Source of the DNA: a virus | DNA length: 64,000 nt | IMG/VR virus record: IMGVR_UViG_3300030451_005868 | Location: 1 to 64,000 of that record | Strand: one strand, 5' to 3' | Shown: positions 9,946-19,101 of the stretch, one piece after another | Layout of the letters: every line of letters starts with the position of its first letter | Position numbering within the stretch: position 1 is the first letter of the stretch | The notes under the pieces: generated by a model | Database searches by the model: none | Told to the model about the DNA's origin: nothing | The model's input: only the letters and a program-made list of their open reading frames with translations | Made by a program: the position numbers and the translations under genes

Positions 9946-9966
9946 AATCTAAATACATCGTATAAT
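9938..9966 (+). promoter_or_regulatory. sigma70-type promoter TTGATT-N17-TATAAT
   Basis: -35 at 9938-9943, -10 at 9961-9966, 9 nt before ATG 9976; the spacer also contains TAAATA. Confidence 0.65.
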
Positions 9967-9975
9967 AAAAACATT

Positions 9976-10713
9976 ATGATAGATATCTTGAGAGACATAG
10001 TCAAGCACACGCATGGCTTGGGATTTTTGGATCTTGTGAAAATCACTGGTACCAGTGACGAAACCACTATTGATTCAATGGCTGAAGACAGATCAGTTAT
10101 CTTGCAAGGATCTTTTCACAAAGCACAAACTGAAATGGACGGTACGTTTGGAATGCCACAACTTGGCAAACTGGACATACACTTAAAATGTCCAGAGTAT
10201 AAAGACAAAGCAAAAATAACTGTACTAAAGGGCGAACGTAATGGCGCTCAAGTTCCAACAGGCATACACTTTGAAAATGAAAAGGGTGACTTCAAGAACG
10301 ATTACAGATTTATGAATGCTGAGATTATCAACGAGAAACTTAAAACTGTGAAGTTCAAAGGAGTTAAGTGGGACGTTGAAATTGAACCAACAGTGGCTAG
10401 TGTGCAAAGATTCAACTTTCAATCTGTGGCAAACACAGAACATAATTCGTTTGTGGTACGCACAGAAGATGGAAATTTAATTTTCACTTTTGGTGATGCG
10501 GCATCGCATGGTGGTGAATTTGTTTTTGCGGCAGACGTGAAAGGCACTCTAAATAAAGGATGGAGTTGGCCTGTTGCACAGGTATTGCAAATATTAAAAC
10601 TGAGTGATTCAGCAAAGGTAACTTTACACTTCTCGAACGAGGGTGCAATGATGGTTACTGTTGATTCAGGTTTAGGCAAGTATCAATACATAATTCCAGC
10701 ACAGGCGCAGTAA
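9976..10713 (+). CDS. probable DNA polymerase sliding clamp (gp45/PCNA-like)
   Basis: 245 aa (clamp-sized), alternating beta/alpha pattern, C-terminal 'TVDSGLGKYQYIIPA' like the last clamp strand; close to polB. Confidence 0.55.
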   Translation: MIDILRDIVKHTHGLGFLDLVKITGTSDETTIDSMAEDRSVILQGSFHKAQTEMDGTFGMPQLGKLDIHLKCPEYKDKAKITVLKGERNGAQVPTGIHFENEKGDFKNDYRFMNAEIINEKLKTVKFKGVKWDVEIEPTVASVQRFNFQSVANTEHNSFVVRTEDGNLIFTFGDAASHGGEFVFAADVKGTLNKGWSWPVAQVLQILKLSDSAKVTLHFSNEGAMMVTVDSGLGKYQYIIPAQAQ

Positions 10714-12161
10714 TGACAGATAAAAGGCAAGAACATTTAGGAGAATACAGCAGAGATTTTGCAGTGTTCTTGCCTGCTATTTCAAATTTTTTCAACACAT
10801 TCATTAGTAAACAAAGAGTATCTGAAGGCAAACACATACCAGCAGAACGTATTCCTAAAGGTTTTGAAAGTGGAGTTGAAGGACTTAACTTTATAAATCC
10901 TGAACAAGGTTACTTTACATATCCTACTGCACTGTATTCGGCAGGACACGCCTGTCTTGACGTAGAGAAGGCGCCCGACAGAGATTCCATGTGCATCAAC
11001 AGAGATAGAAAATTCAGCACAATAGTCGGAGACAGTGGTGGATATCAATTGGGTAAAGGTGTTATAAAATTTGATTGGAAAGATTTTGAAGGTACCAAAG
11101 CCAATACTGTTAGAAGCAACATACTGAACTGGTTAGAATTAACAGCAGACTGGTCAATGACATTAGATGTGCCTACGTGGGCGGCAGATGATTTGAATTC
11201 TCCAAAAACAGGATTAAACAGTTTCCAAGACACACTAGACGGTACAATATACAACAACAAATTTTTCCAAAAACACAGAATAGGTCAAACCAAATTTTTG
11301 AATGTTTTACAGGGCGATGATTGGGAAACTGCACAGATTTGGTACAACGCTGTCAAAGACTTTGAATTCGAAGGCTGGGCAATGGGAGGAATCAACATGT
11401 GTGACATGGAAGTTATGTTGAAACGTCTTATAATCATGAGAGATGAAAAGAAACTGGATGGCAAGGATTGGATACACGTATTAGGTACATCTCAACTGGA
11501 TTGGGCCTGTTTTTTGACACAGGTGCAAAGGCAGGTAAGACAGCACATAAATGAAAATTTAACAATTAGTTTTGATTCTGCATCAGCATTTTTATCAACA
11601 GCAAATGGATTAGTATACACACACAATTTGTTCACCCCTAAAAGATGGTCTTATATAATGGAAAAGGCTCCTGATGACAAGCGACTAAAAGGCAGTGATA
11701 TCAAGTTTCCTTTTCCATCGGCCATTGGAGATAGATTAAACATGGGAGATATTTGTTGGTACGGTCAAGGCGATCTAAATAAAAACAACAAAGAAGGCAA
11801 AACAAGTTGGGACAGTTTCAGTTATGTGTTAATGATGGCACACAATGTATACAACCATATCAGAGCAGTGCAGATAGCAAACGACATGAACGACATTGAA
11901 AAATTAAAATATCAACCAGATCCAAAGGCTTGGATTAAAACTAAAAACGCTGACAACACAGACGAACCAAGTGAATTTGTGCCAAGAAATATTTTGTATT
12001 TTAATACTTTAGTTGAACAAGTTTTTACCAGTGAGACTCCAATGGAAGTGATAAGCGGGGCCAAAGCATTTTTGGCAGACATAAGAGGCACAAGATGGCA
12101 GAGAGCCACAGGTGGTGGTAAGGGCAAAAACAATTTTTCAAGTTTATTTGATGGAGGATAA
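10713..12161 (+). CDS. dpdA: TGT-fold transglycosylase, DpdA-like (7-deazaguanine insertion into DNA)
   Basis: TGT signature residues in order: GDSGGYQ, MTLDVP, NVLQG, GWAMGG, HVLGTS, SFDSAS; no C-terminal CxCxxC zinc site of bacterial tRNA TGT; clustered with folE, queE and a QueD paralogue. Confidence 0.75.
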   Translation: MTDKRQEHLGEYSRDFAVFLPAISNFFNTFISKQRVSEGKHIPAERIPKGFESGVEGLNFINPEQGYFTYPTALYSAGHACLDVEKAPDRDSMCINRDRKFSTIVGDSGGYQLGKGVIKFDWKDFEGTKANTVRSNILNWLELTADWSMTLDVPTWAADDLNSPKTGLNSFQDTLDGTIYNNKFFQKHRIGQTKFLNVLQGDDWETAQIWYNAVKDFEFEGWAMGGINMCDMEVMLKRLIIMRDEKKLDGKDWIHVLGTSQLDWACFLTQVQRQVRQHINENLTISFDSASAFLSTANGLVYTHNLFTPKRWSYIMEKAPDDKRLKGSDIKFPFPSAIGDRLNMGDICWYGQGDLNKNNKEGKTSWDSFSYVLMMAHNVYNHIRAVQIANDMNDIEKLKYQPDPKAWIKTKNADNTDEPSEFVPRNILYFNTLVEQVFTSETPMEVISGAKAFLADIRGTRWQRATGGGKGKNNFSSLFDGG

Positions 12162-12163
12162 AA

Positions 12164-12364
12164 ATGGTAAAAAAGAAAAGTAAAAAATTGAAAAAACTAG
12201 AAGAAGAACATCAGTATCTAGATAAAAAGGTAAAAGAGTTGACTGAAGATCGAAAAAAAGATCGTAGTTCAGAAAGTAAGACTGTGCTACAAAGACTCAA
12301 AAAAACCAAACTGGCTCTAAAAGACGCTATTGCAAGAGCCAAAGCCACGTTGACAAAAGACTAA
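12164..12364 (+). CDS. DUF465/YdcH-like small coiled-coil protein
   Basis: 'LEEEHQYLDKKV...LQRLKKTKLALKDAI' matches the DUF465 pattern; GGAGG RBS upstream. Confidence 0.65.
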   Translation: MVKKKSKKLKKLEEEHQYLDKKVKELTEDRKKDRSSESKTVLQRLKKTKLALKDAIARAKATLTKD

Positions 12365-12377
12365 AAATTAGTATAAT
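12350..12377 (+). promoter_or_regulatory. sigma70-type promoter TTGACA-N16-TATAAT (likely leaderless transcript)
   Basis: -35 at 12350-12355, -10 at 12372-12377, only 5 nt (AAGAT) before ATG 12383; no SD. Confidence 0.7.
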
Positions 12378-12382
12378 AAGAT

Positions 12383-12934
12383 ATGCTCAGAGATTACAAC
12401 ACAGGTACAATAGATAATGTAAAAGTATTTTCAGGACTGGAAGTAGAACATACTCCTGCTTTTGGTAAACAAACTTTGTTCTTGGCCACAAATGAATTGA
12501 CGTTTGAACAGATACACAACATGGCAGAATCAGTAAACGCTGAAGCCATATACTATGGCGCAAACAGAACATTTATGGTAAATCATGGAACACAGATTGC
12601 ACAAATGATTAAATTTTTAGACATGGATTACTATGTGACAATTGATTATCAATACAGCATACACTCGGAAGTTAAAAAAAGATTCAAGCAAGTCTGGAAC
12701 AGAGAAAAATTTATTCCTTTCTGCTCAATTATTTTTGAAGATACAGGCAATGATAACAATCTCTGTTTCAAAATTGATGATGTTGACTTTGACAAAACCA
12801 ACCCAGGCGTATGGACAATGAGCATGAACAAATTTAAGCAAACATCCGGATACACAAAATGGAACGAATACAAACAAGACAAACCAATGGAGAATGACAA
12901 ATGGATACTGAGCACCAGCACAATCAAGCATTAA
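12383..12934 (+). CDS. hypothetical protein within the deazaguanine cluster
   Basis: 183 aa; motifs 'GLEVEHTPAFGKQTLF', 'YGANRT', 'KIDDVDFDKTNPGVW'; overlaps the QueD-like gene. Confidence 0.6.
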   Translation: MLRDYNTGTIDNVKVFSGLEVEHTPAFGKQTLFLATNELTFEQIHNMAESVNAEAIYYGANRTFMVNHGTQIAQMIKFLDMDYYVTIDYQYSIHSEVKKRFKQVWNREKFIPFCSIIFEDTGNDNNLCFKIDDVDFDKTNPGVWTMSMNKFKQTSGYTKWNEYKQDKPMENDKWILSTSTIKH

Positions 12935-13344
12935 TTGACAAGGCAAAAAAAGCAGATAAAATGATATGGGTAACATTTCGTAAAGAGGGTATACATAAGT
13001 TTCCTGCCGCACTTGATGATCCAAAATTAGCCACAGGCGATAGATATGATGTTAGTTTTTTAGGTTATCCACACAGACACATATTCCACTTCAAGGTAGC
13101 AATTCAAGTCTTCCATGATGACAGAGACATAGAATTTATTCAATTCAAAAGATGGATTGAAGACATGTACAGCGAAGGCACATTAAAATTGGACTACAAG
13201 AGTTGTGAAATGATGAGCGATGACTTGTATGTGGCCATAACAAAAAAATATCCTGGAAGAAGGATCACTATCGATGTCAGTGAAGATGGAGAAAATGGAT
13301 CTCACACAGTATACGAAGTAGAACAACCAGTGAGTGCGCTATGA
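12901..13344 (+). CDS. T-fold QueD paralogue, DpdL-type (putative CDG decarboxylase) rather than canonical QueD
   Basis: 'EGIH', 'LGYPHRHIF' (LxxxHRHxF in place of QueD CxxxHGH), 'SCE', 'VSEDGENG'. Confidence 0.65.
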   Translation: MDTEHQHNQALIDKAKKADKMIWVTFRKEGIHKFPAALDDPKLATGDRYDVSFLGYPHRHIFHFKVAIQVFHDDRDIEFIQFKRWIEDMYSEGTLKLDYKSCEMMSDDLYVAITKKYPGRRITIDVSEDGENGSHTVYEVEQPVSAL

Positions 13345-13670
13345 AAAATTGGAAACAAATAACAATACCTGAGAAAAGACTTACCTCAAGACAAGGACAT
13401 ATTCCCATGGAAGGTGGTGCTTTAAATGCCTCGTATACCACTGTTGATGCGGTTGCCAATTTGTGTACCACAGCAGGAAATTTAGGTCTAGTGTATGGCA
13501 AAGACTTTATATGGAGCCATGTCGATTGGGACGATGACGATCAAGACTCAATTGTTATATCTGTAAAAGAAGAAAAATACTCGACCTTTTTACAACTAGC
13601 AATTAGAAATCAGCACAAAATCAAACACACAGCCTCAGGAGAAGTTGTTCTAACAAAGGAGACTGCATAA
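13341..13670 (+). CDS. hypothetical protein
   Basis: 109-aa ORF with ATGA overlap upstream and TAATG coupling downstream. Confidence 0.55.
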   Translation: MKNWKQITIPEKRLTSRQGHIPMEGGALNASYTTVDAVANLCTTAGNLGLVYGKDFIWSHVDWDDDDQDSIVISVKEEKYSTFLQLAIRNQHKIKHTASGEVVLTKETA

Positions 13671-14200
13671 TGAAAGTGCCATACACAAAGTTTAAAACTA
13701 GAGAAGGCGACACAGACGAAGTAGGTGGATGTACGTTTATAGGAGGCGAATGGAAAGATGTTGATACAACAGAAATTTTTGATAACAAAAAAGTCGTTGT
13801 TTTTGCTTTACCTGGAGCATTTACTCCAACCTGCTCAAGTCAACAAGTGCCTGGTTATGAGGCCAAATATGATGAGATTAAATCATTAGGAATAGATGAG
13901 GTGTACTGTTTGTCAGTTAATGATGCATTTGTAATGAATGCTTGGTTCAAAGATCAAAAGGTAGCCAAAGTAAAACCAATCGGAGACGGTGAAGGTGTAT
14001 TCACACAAGGCATGGGAATGTTGGTAAACAAACCCAAACAAGGTTTTGGTATGAGATCATGGAGATATTCAATGCTGGTTGATAACGGAGAAGTTGTAAA
14101 AATTTTTGAAGAGCCTGGTAAAAACAATGCCAGTGATGACAACGATCCATTTGAAGTATCAGACGCTGACACAATGATTAACTTCTTGAAGAATCAATAA
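13670..14200 (+). CDS. peroxiredoxin, Prx5 subfamily
   Basis: 'FALPGAFTPTCS' active site, 'CLSVNDAFVMNAW', 'GMRSWRYSM'; AGGAG RBS. Confidence 0.93.
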   Translation: MKVPYTKFKTREGDTDEVGGCTFIGGEWKDVDTTEIFDNKKVVVFALPGAFTPTCSSQQVPGYEAKYDEIKSLGIDEVYCLSVNDAFVMNAWFKDQKVAKVKPIGDGEGVFTQGMGMLVNKPKQGFGMRSWRYSMLVDNGEVVKIFEEPGKNNASDDNDPFEVSDADTMINFLKNQ

Positions 14201-14214
14201 GAAAGTGCTATAAT
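14186..14214 (+). promoter_or_regulatory. sigma70-type promoter TTGAAG-N17-TATAAT with extended -10 (likely leaderless)
   Basis: TGcTATAAT at 14206-14214 followed by AAGAT-ATG (14220), identical to the TATAATAAGATATG at 12372-12385. Confidence 0.65.
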
Positions 14215-14219
14215 AAGAT

Positions 14220-15386
14220 ATGAAAATTTTTTACATGGGCCTGGAGCCTTACGAAGGTAGATACACACTACAACTGACTGACTGGACTGAAAGAGCATAT
14301 AAAAAACGTGGCGTAGACTATGTTATAGTGCCTGGAACAACCATTGATGATTCCAAAGCAATTGTAACTGGGCAAGTGCTGGATGCACATGGCAGAAGTT
14401 ATTTTGGTATGAGTCAGATGATGAATCTTGTGCAGATGATGAAATCTGGAGAGATCACATCCAGAGATGCAATATTCTTCGAAGACATGTTCCAACCAGG
14501 AATAGAATCATTGCCTTATATTTTGATGCAGACTCCAGAAGAATTTAGGCCAAAAATTTATCTTAGATGTTTGGCACAGGCAATCGATCCTGATGATTTT
14601 GTACACGTATGGGGTATGAGCAAATGGATGAGTCTGTATGAAGAAATGTGCAACGAGATTCCTAATGTCACAATACTAGCCAGCAATGAAGAAATGGTTG
14701 CACATATGCGGATAGCAAACTGGAAAGCACCAATATACAATATATCAGGTTTGAGTTTTGGCAAACAAGAGGTTCAAGAAAGAGTTGAACAAAAAAAGTT
14801 TATTGAAAGAAAACAAAGAGTTGTGTTTGGAGCGAGATGGGATCAAGAAAAACAACCACAATTTTTTATGGACCTTGCACAGGCCTATAAAGAAAAACAT
14901 CCTGAAACTGAATTTGCAATTTGTTCAGGAGGGCCTTTAAGATCAAACAACCAATACTATGTAGACGAAGCAAGACATCTTGCAAAAGAGGGCGTAATCA
15001 CTATCAACGAAAATTTAAAGAAAAATGATTACTACAACATTTTGGCAGATTCGAGAGTGTTATTCAATTGTGCTTTACAGGACTGGACTTCAAACACAGT
15101 GTCTGAAGCAGACTCTCTAGGGTGTAATGTGTTGTTTCCTGCATATAGATCATTTCCAGAAGTGTTTGCAAATGATCATACAAGAATGTATATTCCATGG
15201 TCGCAACAAGATGCCATGGACAAGTTAGAAGTTTTATTAAGTAAACCATCCCCTAGTATGGGTCAAATATCTGATTGGACAGACGAAACAATCAATAGAA
15301 TGTTGGACATCATGACAGGCAAGGGAGAACAATGGAGAAGAGATGGACCCCACTACAGAACACCCGTTTCCGAAAAAAAATATTAA
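14220..15386 (+). CDS. GT-B fold glycosyltransferase (GT4-like)
   Basis: C-terminal 'FGARWDQEKQP', 'YYNILADSRVLFNCALQDWTSNTVSEADSLGC..LFP...SFPE' correspond to the GT4 nucleotide-sugar-binding domain. Confidence 0.8.
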   Translation: MKIFYMGLEPYEGRYTLQLTDWTERAYKKRGVDYVIVPGTTIDDSKAIVTGQVLDAHGRSYFGMSQMMNLVQMMKSGEITSRDAIFFEDMFQPGIESLPYILMQTPEEFRPKIYLRCLAQAIDPDDFVHVWGMSKWMSLYEEMCNEIPNVTILASNEEMVAHMRIANWKAPIYNISGLSFGKQEVQERVEQKKFIERKQRVVFGARWDQEKQPQFFMDLAQAYKEKHPETEFAICSGGPLRSNNQYYVDEARHLAKEGVITINENLKKNDYYNILADSRVLFNCALQDWTSNTVSEADSLGCNVLFPAYRSFPEVFANDHTRMYIPWSQQDAMDKLEVLLSKPSPSMGQISDWTDETINRMLDIMTGKGEQWRRDGPHYRTPVSEKKY

Positions 15387-16374
15387 GAACTTTTCACGGT
15401 CTGTGCTAGTAACAGGAGGCGCAGGATATGTGGGTTCACACTGTTGCAAGTTTCTGGCCAAAAACGGTTACGTGCCAGTGGTGATTGATAGAAACTTGCG
15501 AAACCAGTCTGTTGAATTTGGTCCAAGTTTTCAAATAGATCTTCCAATAAACATACAGGCTTTAGATGATATCATAGTGAGATATAATATTGGCAGTTGT
15601 ATCCATTTTGCTGGCAGTGCCAGTGTGTCAGAGTCAGTGGCAGATCCAAGTGGTTACTACAAAAACAATGTGATTGCCACAATAGCACTATTGGATAAGT
15701 TGAGAGAACACGAGATAAAAACATTTGTGTACAGTTCCAGTGCGGCCACTTATGGCGATCCTGGTATACGTATGGCTAAAGAATCTGATACTGCCAAACC
15801 AATCAATCCATATGGTGCCACAAAACTAATGATGGAACAAATTTTACGAGATTACTACATAGCATACGGAATGAACAGTGTGGGATTGAGATATTTCAAT
15901 GCCGCAGGTGCTGATCCCGAAGCAGAGATTGGCGAACTTAGAGATAAAGAAACACATATTATTCCCATAGCAATTGGAGCCGCAAGACAGGGCAAAACAT
16001 TCAAGTTGTTTGGAGACCGATATCCCACAGAAGATGGAACCTGTGTAAGAGATTATGTACACGTGATGGATCTAGCAGATGCCCATGTGAAGGCTTTGAA
16101 CTATGCCAGTAAAAATTACGGTGCCAAAGTGTTAAACTTGGGTTCAGGACAGGCTACTTCTAACAAAAAGATATTGGAAGTCATACAACAACACACAGGC
16201 AAAATGCAAATTGAAATTTATGGTAATAGGCCGGGTGATCCGGCATACTTGGTTGCAGATATAACCAAGGCAAAAGAAATTTTAGAATGGGAACCAACAC
16301 AAAGTTCTATTGACAATGTGGTGGCGACTGCGTTAAAATGGTATAACAATGTTCACAAAAAGGAGATACAATGA
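15343..16374 (+). CDS. galE: UDP-glucose 4-epimerase
   Basis: 'VTGGAGYVGSH', 'IHFAG...VSES', 'SSSAATYG', 'YGATK', 'LRYFNAAGA', 'DGTCVRDYVHV.DLA.AH'. Exact start uncertain. Confidence 0.9.
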   Translation: MDPTTEHPFPKKNIKNFSRSVLVTGGAGYVGSHCCKFLAKNGYVPVVIDRNLRNQSVEFGPSFQIDLPINIQALDDIIVRYNIGSCIHFAGSASVSESVADPSGYYKNNVIATIALLDKLREHEIKTFVYSSSAATYGDPGIRMAKESDTAKPINPYGATKLMMEQILRDYYIAYGMNSVGLRYFNAAGADPEAEIGELRDKETHIIPIAIGAARQGKTFKLFGDRYPTEDGTCVRDYVHVMDLADAHVKALNYASKNYGAKVLNLGSGQATSNKKILEVIQQHTGKMQIEIYGNRPGDPAYLVADITKAKEILEWEPTQSSIDNVVATALKWYNNVHKKEIQ

Positions 16375-16571
16375 CAAACGTTGACGACAGAGATGTAGAT
16401 AGTACATTTGAGAACGAACAAAGTATGGTAACCATTCCATTGAAAGAATATGACAAATTGAAAGAGAGATCTAAATACATCACTGACAGAGACATGATTG
16501 CAGTGATTGACAAGATTGAAGAACTTGTAAGAGCACTTCGAAAACACATAGTAAGATTGGACATCGACTAA
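16371..16571 (+). CDS. small hypothetical protein
   Basis: 66 aa, AGGAG RBS, coupled to both neighbours. Confidence 0.6.
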   Translation: MTNVDDRDVDSTFENEQSMVTIPLKEYDKLKERSKYITDRDMIAVIDKIEELVRALRKHIVRLDID

Positions 16572-17281
16572 TGGATGATACACTAAAGGACAGTTGGGCA
16601 CCAAAAGGACCTGTCAGTAAAACTATCAAAGAAAGAATACAAAAAGCAGGCAAAAGATTTCATGCCAACGACAACATCTCAGAGTTCATAGAAGAAGGTG
16701 AAATGGAAGAATTACAAGCAGAGGTGCAGGAGAAACTGCAAGGTGTATTAGACAGTCTTGTGATTGACACAGAGCACGATCACAACACACAGGAGACAGC
16801 AAAACGTGTGGCCAAAATGTATATCAAAGAAACATTTGGTGGCAGATTTAAACCAATGCCGAGAGTGACAAGTTTTCCAAACATGGGTTACAAAAGTATG
16901 TACACGTCTGGTCCTATTTCCATAAGATCCACATGTGCCCATCACTTTCAGAACATTGTGGGCAAGGCTTGGGTCGGTATTATTCCAAATGGTGAAGTTA
17001 TTGGATTGAGTAAATTCAACCGTATTGTGCATCACATCGTGGAGCGTCCACAGATACAGGAAGAAATGACAACACAGATTGCTGAAGAACTTAAAAAATA
17101 TGCTAAGACTGAAAATATTGCTGTTGTGGTCAAAGCAGAACATCACTGCATGACACACAGAGGTGTACGAGAACACGAGTCTGACATGACAACAGCGATC
17201 ATGCTGGGAGCATTCAAACAAGATCCAGCAACCAGAGATGAATTTTATAAAATTTGTATGAGCATGAAAGGCCATGGGTAA
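16571..17281 (+). CDS. folE: GTP cyclohydrolase I
   Basis: 'TAKRVAKMY', 'STCAHH', 'IGLSKFNR', 'RPQIQE', 'AEHHCMTHRGV'. Confidence 0.95.
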   Translation: MDDTLKDSWAPKGPVSKTIKERIQKAGKRFHANDNISEFIEEGEMEELQAEVQEKLQGVLDSLVIDTEHDHNTQETAKRVAKMYIKETFGGRFKPMPRVTSFPNMGYKSMYTSGPISIRSTCAHHFQNIVGKAWVGIIPNGEVIGLSKFNRIVHHIVERPQIQEEMTTQIAEELKKYAKTENIAVVVKAEHHCMTHRGVREHESDMTTAIMLGAFKQDPATRDEFYKICMSMKGHG

Positions 17282-17540
17282 AAAAGGTAAAAAAATTACA
17301 ACAGATTATGACCCAGGATGGACTGAAGGCTTAATGACAGCAGGGGTGGTTACTACTGCAAAAGTGGAGATGCCTGACATGGACAGTGGTATGACCTATG
17401 CGTTTGGAGATTTGCAAATGGATCTGTTCTCAGAACAGGAACTCCGAGACAAATATCCTGCTTTACAACAGGCATACGAACACTATCAAAGTGTGTTAGA
17501 GGTTTGTAAGACTAAAGAAAGAGAAGACAATGAGAATTAA
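17274..17540 (+). CDS. hypothetical protein
   Basis: 88 aa ending in the helix 'LRDKYPALQQAYEHYQSVLEVCK'; overlaps both neighbours. Confidence 0.55.
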   Translation: MGKKGKKITTDYDPGWTEGLMTAGVVTTAKVEMPDMDSGMTYAFGDLQMDLFSEQELRDKYPALQQAYEHYQSVLEVCKTKEREDNEN

Positions 17541-18582
17541 AGAAGACATCAAGTTAAATTTTGACGACGTGTTAATGGAACCTAAACGTTCTACACTGAG
17601 TTCACGACGCGATGTGGACATGACAAGAAATTTTAAATTTCACAATTCAGGGAAACTAATGAACTTTACTCCTATCTTTGCATCCAATATGGACGGAGTT
17701 GGCACATTCTCCATGGCGAAAGTGTTACAGGAATACAAAATGATGACTGTGATTACAAAGAGTACTACTGTTGATCAATGGCGTCATGCTGTTGGTACAG
17801 GACTGAGATTACAAAGTGTCAGCGTATGCACAGGCACAAACAAAATGTGGGATCCAGAAGCCGCTGATTACAAGAACATGGAAGAAGTCTTAAAGAGTTT
17901 TCCTGATGTAAAAATGATCACAGTAGATGTGGCCAATGCTTATCATCAAAATTTTGTGGATTTTATCAAAATGATTCGAGATGACTATCCTGAAAAGGTC
18001 ATTGTGGCTGGTAATGTGGTCACTCCTGAGATGGTTGAAGAATTAATAATCAACGGTGCTGACATGGTGAAGATTGGCATAGGGCCAGGTTCAGTTTGCA
18101 CAACAAGAACAATGACCGGTGTTGGAGTACCGCAATTTAGTGCAATTGTAGAGTGTGCCGATGCCGCTAATGGTGTAGATGGACACATAATGGCAGACGG
18201 AGGATGTGTGTATCCTGGTGATATTGCCAAGGCACTGGGCGGAGGCGCACACGCTGTAATGATAGGTGGCATGTTGGCAGGACATGATGAATCAGAACTT
18301 CCTGTCAAAGATGGCAAGGTTGAATTCTATGGTATGAGTTCAGATAGAGCAAGAGAACTGCATGGTAAAAGAAAAGACGGATACCGAGGCAATGAAGGTA
18401 GATGGATTGGATTACCACACAGAGGTGCTGTCAAAAATACAGTAGAGGACATACTTGGTGGAGTAAGAAGTGCCGCAACATATATTGGAGCAAGAAGATT
18501 AAAAGACATGCCAAAGTGTGCGACATTTGTCAGAGTAGAAAATAATATCAATAAGGTCTATGAGCGATACACAATCAGTTAA
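17530..18582 (+). CDS. guaC: GMP reductase (GuaC type 1)
   Basis: N-terminus 'MRIKEDIKLNFDDVL.EPKRSTL.SR', 'DVANAY', 'KIGIGPGSVCTTR', 'ADGGC..PGDIAKA', 'FYGMSS', 'ILGGVRSA.TY.GA'; no CBS domains. Confidence 0.92.
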   Translation: MRIKEDIKLNFDDVLMEPKRSTLSSRRDVDMTRNFKFHNSGKLMNFTPIFASNMDGVGTFSMAKVLQEYKMMTVITKSTTVDQWRHAVGTGLRLQSVSVCTGTNKMWDPEAADYKNMEEVLKSFPDVKMITVDVANAYHQNFVDFIKMIRDDYPEKVIVAGNVVTPEMVEELIINGADMVKIGIGPGSVCTTRTMTGVGVPQFSAIVECADAANGVDGHIMADGGCVYPGDIAKALGGGAHAVMIGGMLAGHDESELPVKDGKVEFYGMSSDRARELHGKRKDGYRGNEGRWIGLPHRGAVKNTVEDILGGVRSAATYIGARRLKDMPKCATFVRVENNINKVYERYTIS

Positions 18583-19030
18583 TAAAAGTTATTTTACCAC
18601 AGGTCAAATGCGTAATGCATTGATACAGATCGAAGATCAAATGGTGCACTCCAATTGGATGCCTTCGATTGTGCTAGGTATTAATAGAGGTGGATGTATC
18701 CCAGGAGTTTATCTAAGTCATCGTTTGAATGTACCACACGAAGTACTTGATATTAGATTGAGAGATCATACCAACAAACCAAATCTATCTGTGTTAGAAA
18801 AGTGCTTTGCTTATCAAAAAAAAATATTGATTGTTGACGACATCAATGACTCAGGGGCCACGTTCCAATACATATTAGACAACTTTGGTAAACATGAAGA
18901 TAGAATAAAATTTGCGGCACTGATCAACAACAAGCCATCCAAGGTGGAAATGGATTACCACGGCTATGAAATCAACAAAGATGAGGCGCCGGCTTGGATT
19001 GTATTCCCATGGGAAGAATGGGACAAATAA
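18560..19030 (+). CDS. type I phosphoribosyltransferase (xanthine/guanine PRT, Gpt-like)
   Basis: 'GINRGGCIPG', PRPP loop 'LIVDDINDSGAT', C-terminal 'WIVFPWE'. Confidence 0.85.
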   Translation: MSDTQSVNKSYFTTGQMRNALIQIEDQMVHSNWMPSIVLGINRGGCIPGVYLSHRLNVPHEVLDIRLRDHTNKPNLSVLEKCFAYQKKILIVDDINDSGATFQYILDNFGKHEDRIKFAALINNKPSKVEMDYHGYEINKDEAPAWIVFPWEEWDK

Positions 19031-19043
19031 CGCCAAAGTTGTA

Positions 19044-19073
19044 TTGACTTTATCACACAAATACTGTTAAAAT
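19044..19073 (+). promoter_or_regulatory. sigma70-type promoter TTGACT-N18-TAAAAT with extended -10 TG
   Basis: -35 at 19044-19049, TGtTAAAAT at 19065-19073, AAGGAG RBS before ATG 19102. Confidence 0.5.
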
Positions 19074-19101
19074 TACATTGAGTTAAACAAAAGGAGATAA
19101 C

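Noticed and set aside
10713-12161. Calling the TGT-fold gene a tRNA-guanine transglycosylase (tgt)
   Set aside because: It lacks the zinc-binding CxCxxC/H region of bacterial TGT and is coupled to replication genes; a DNA-acting DpdA-like role fits better, though untested.
12901-13344. Calling this gene canonical queD
   Set aside because: The CxxxHGH catalytic motif is replaced by LxxxHRHxF.
16310-16339. Possible promoter TTGACA-N18-TAAAAT in the 3' end of galE
   Set aside because: Suboptimal spacing inside coding sequence and downstream genes are already translationally coupled; too weak to call.
17530-18582. IMP dehydrogenase (guaB)
   Set aside because: The N-terminus, ~350-aa length without CBS domains and 'GGVRSA.TY.GA' match GMP reductase type 1.
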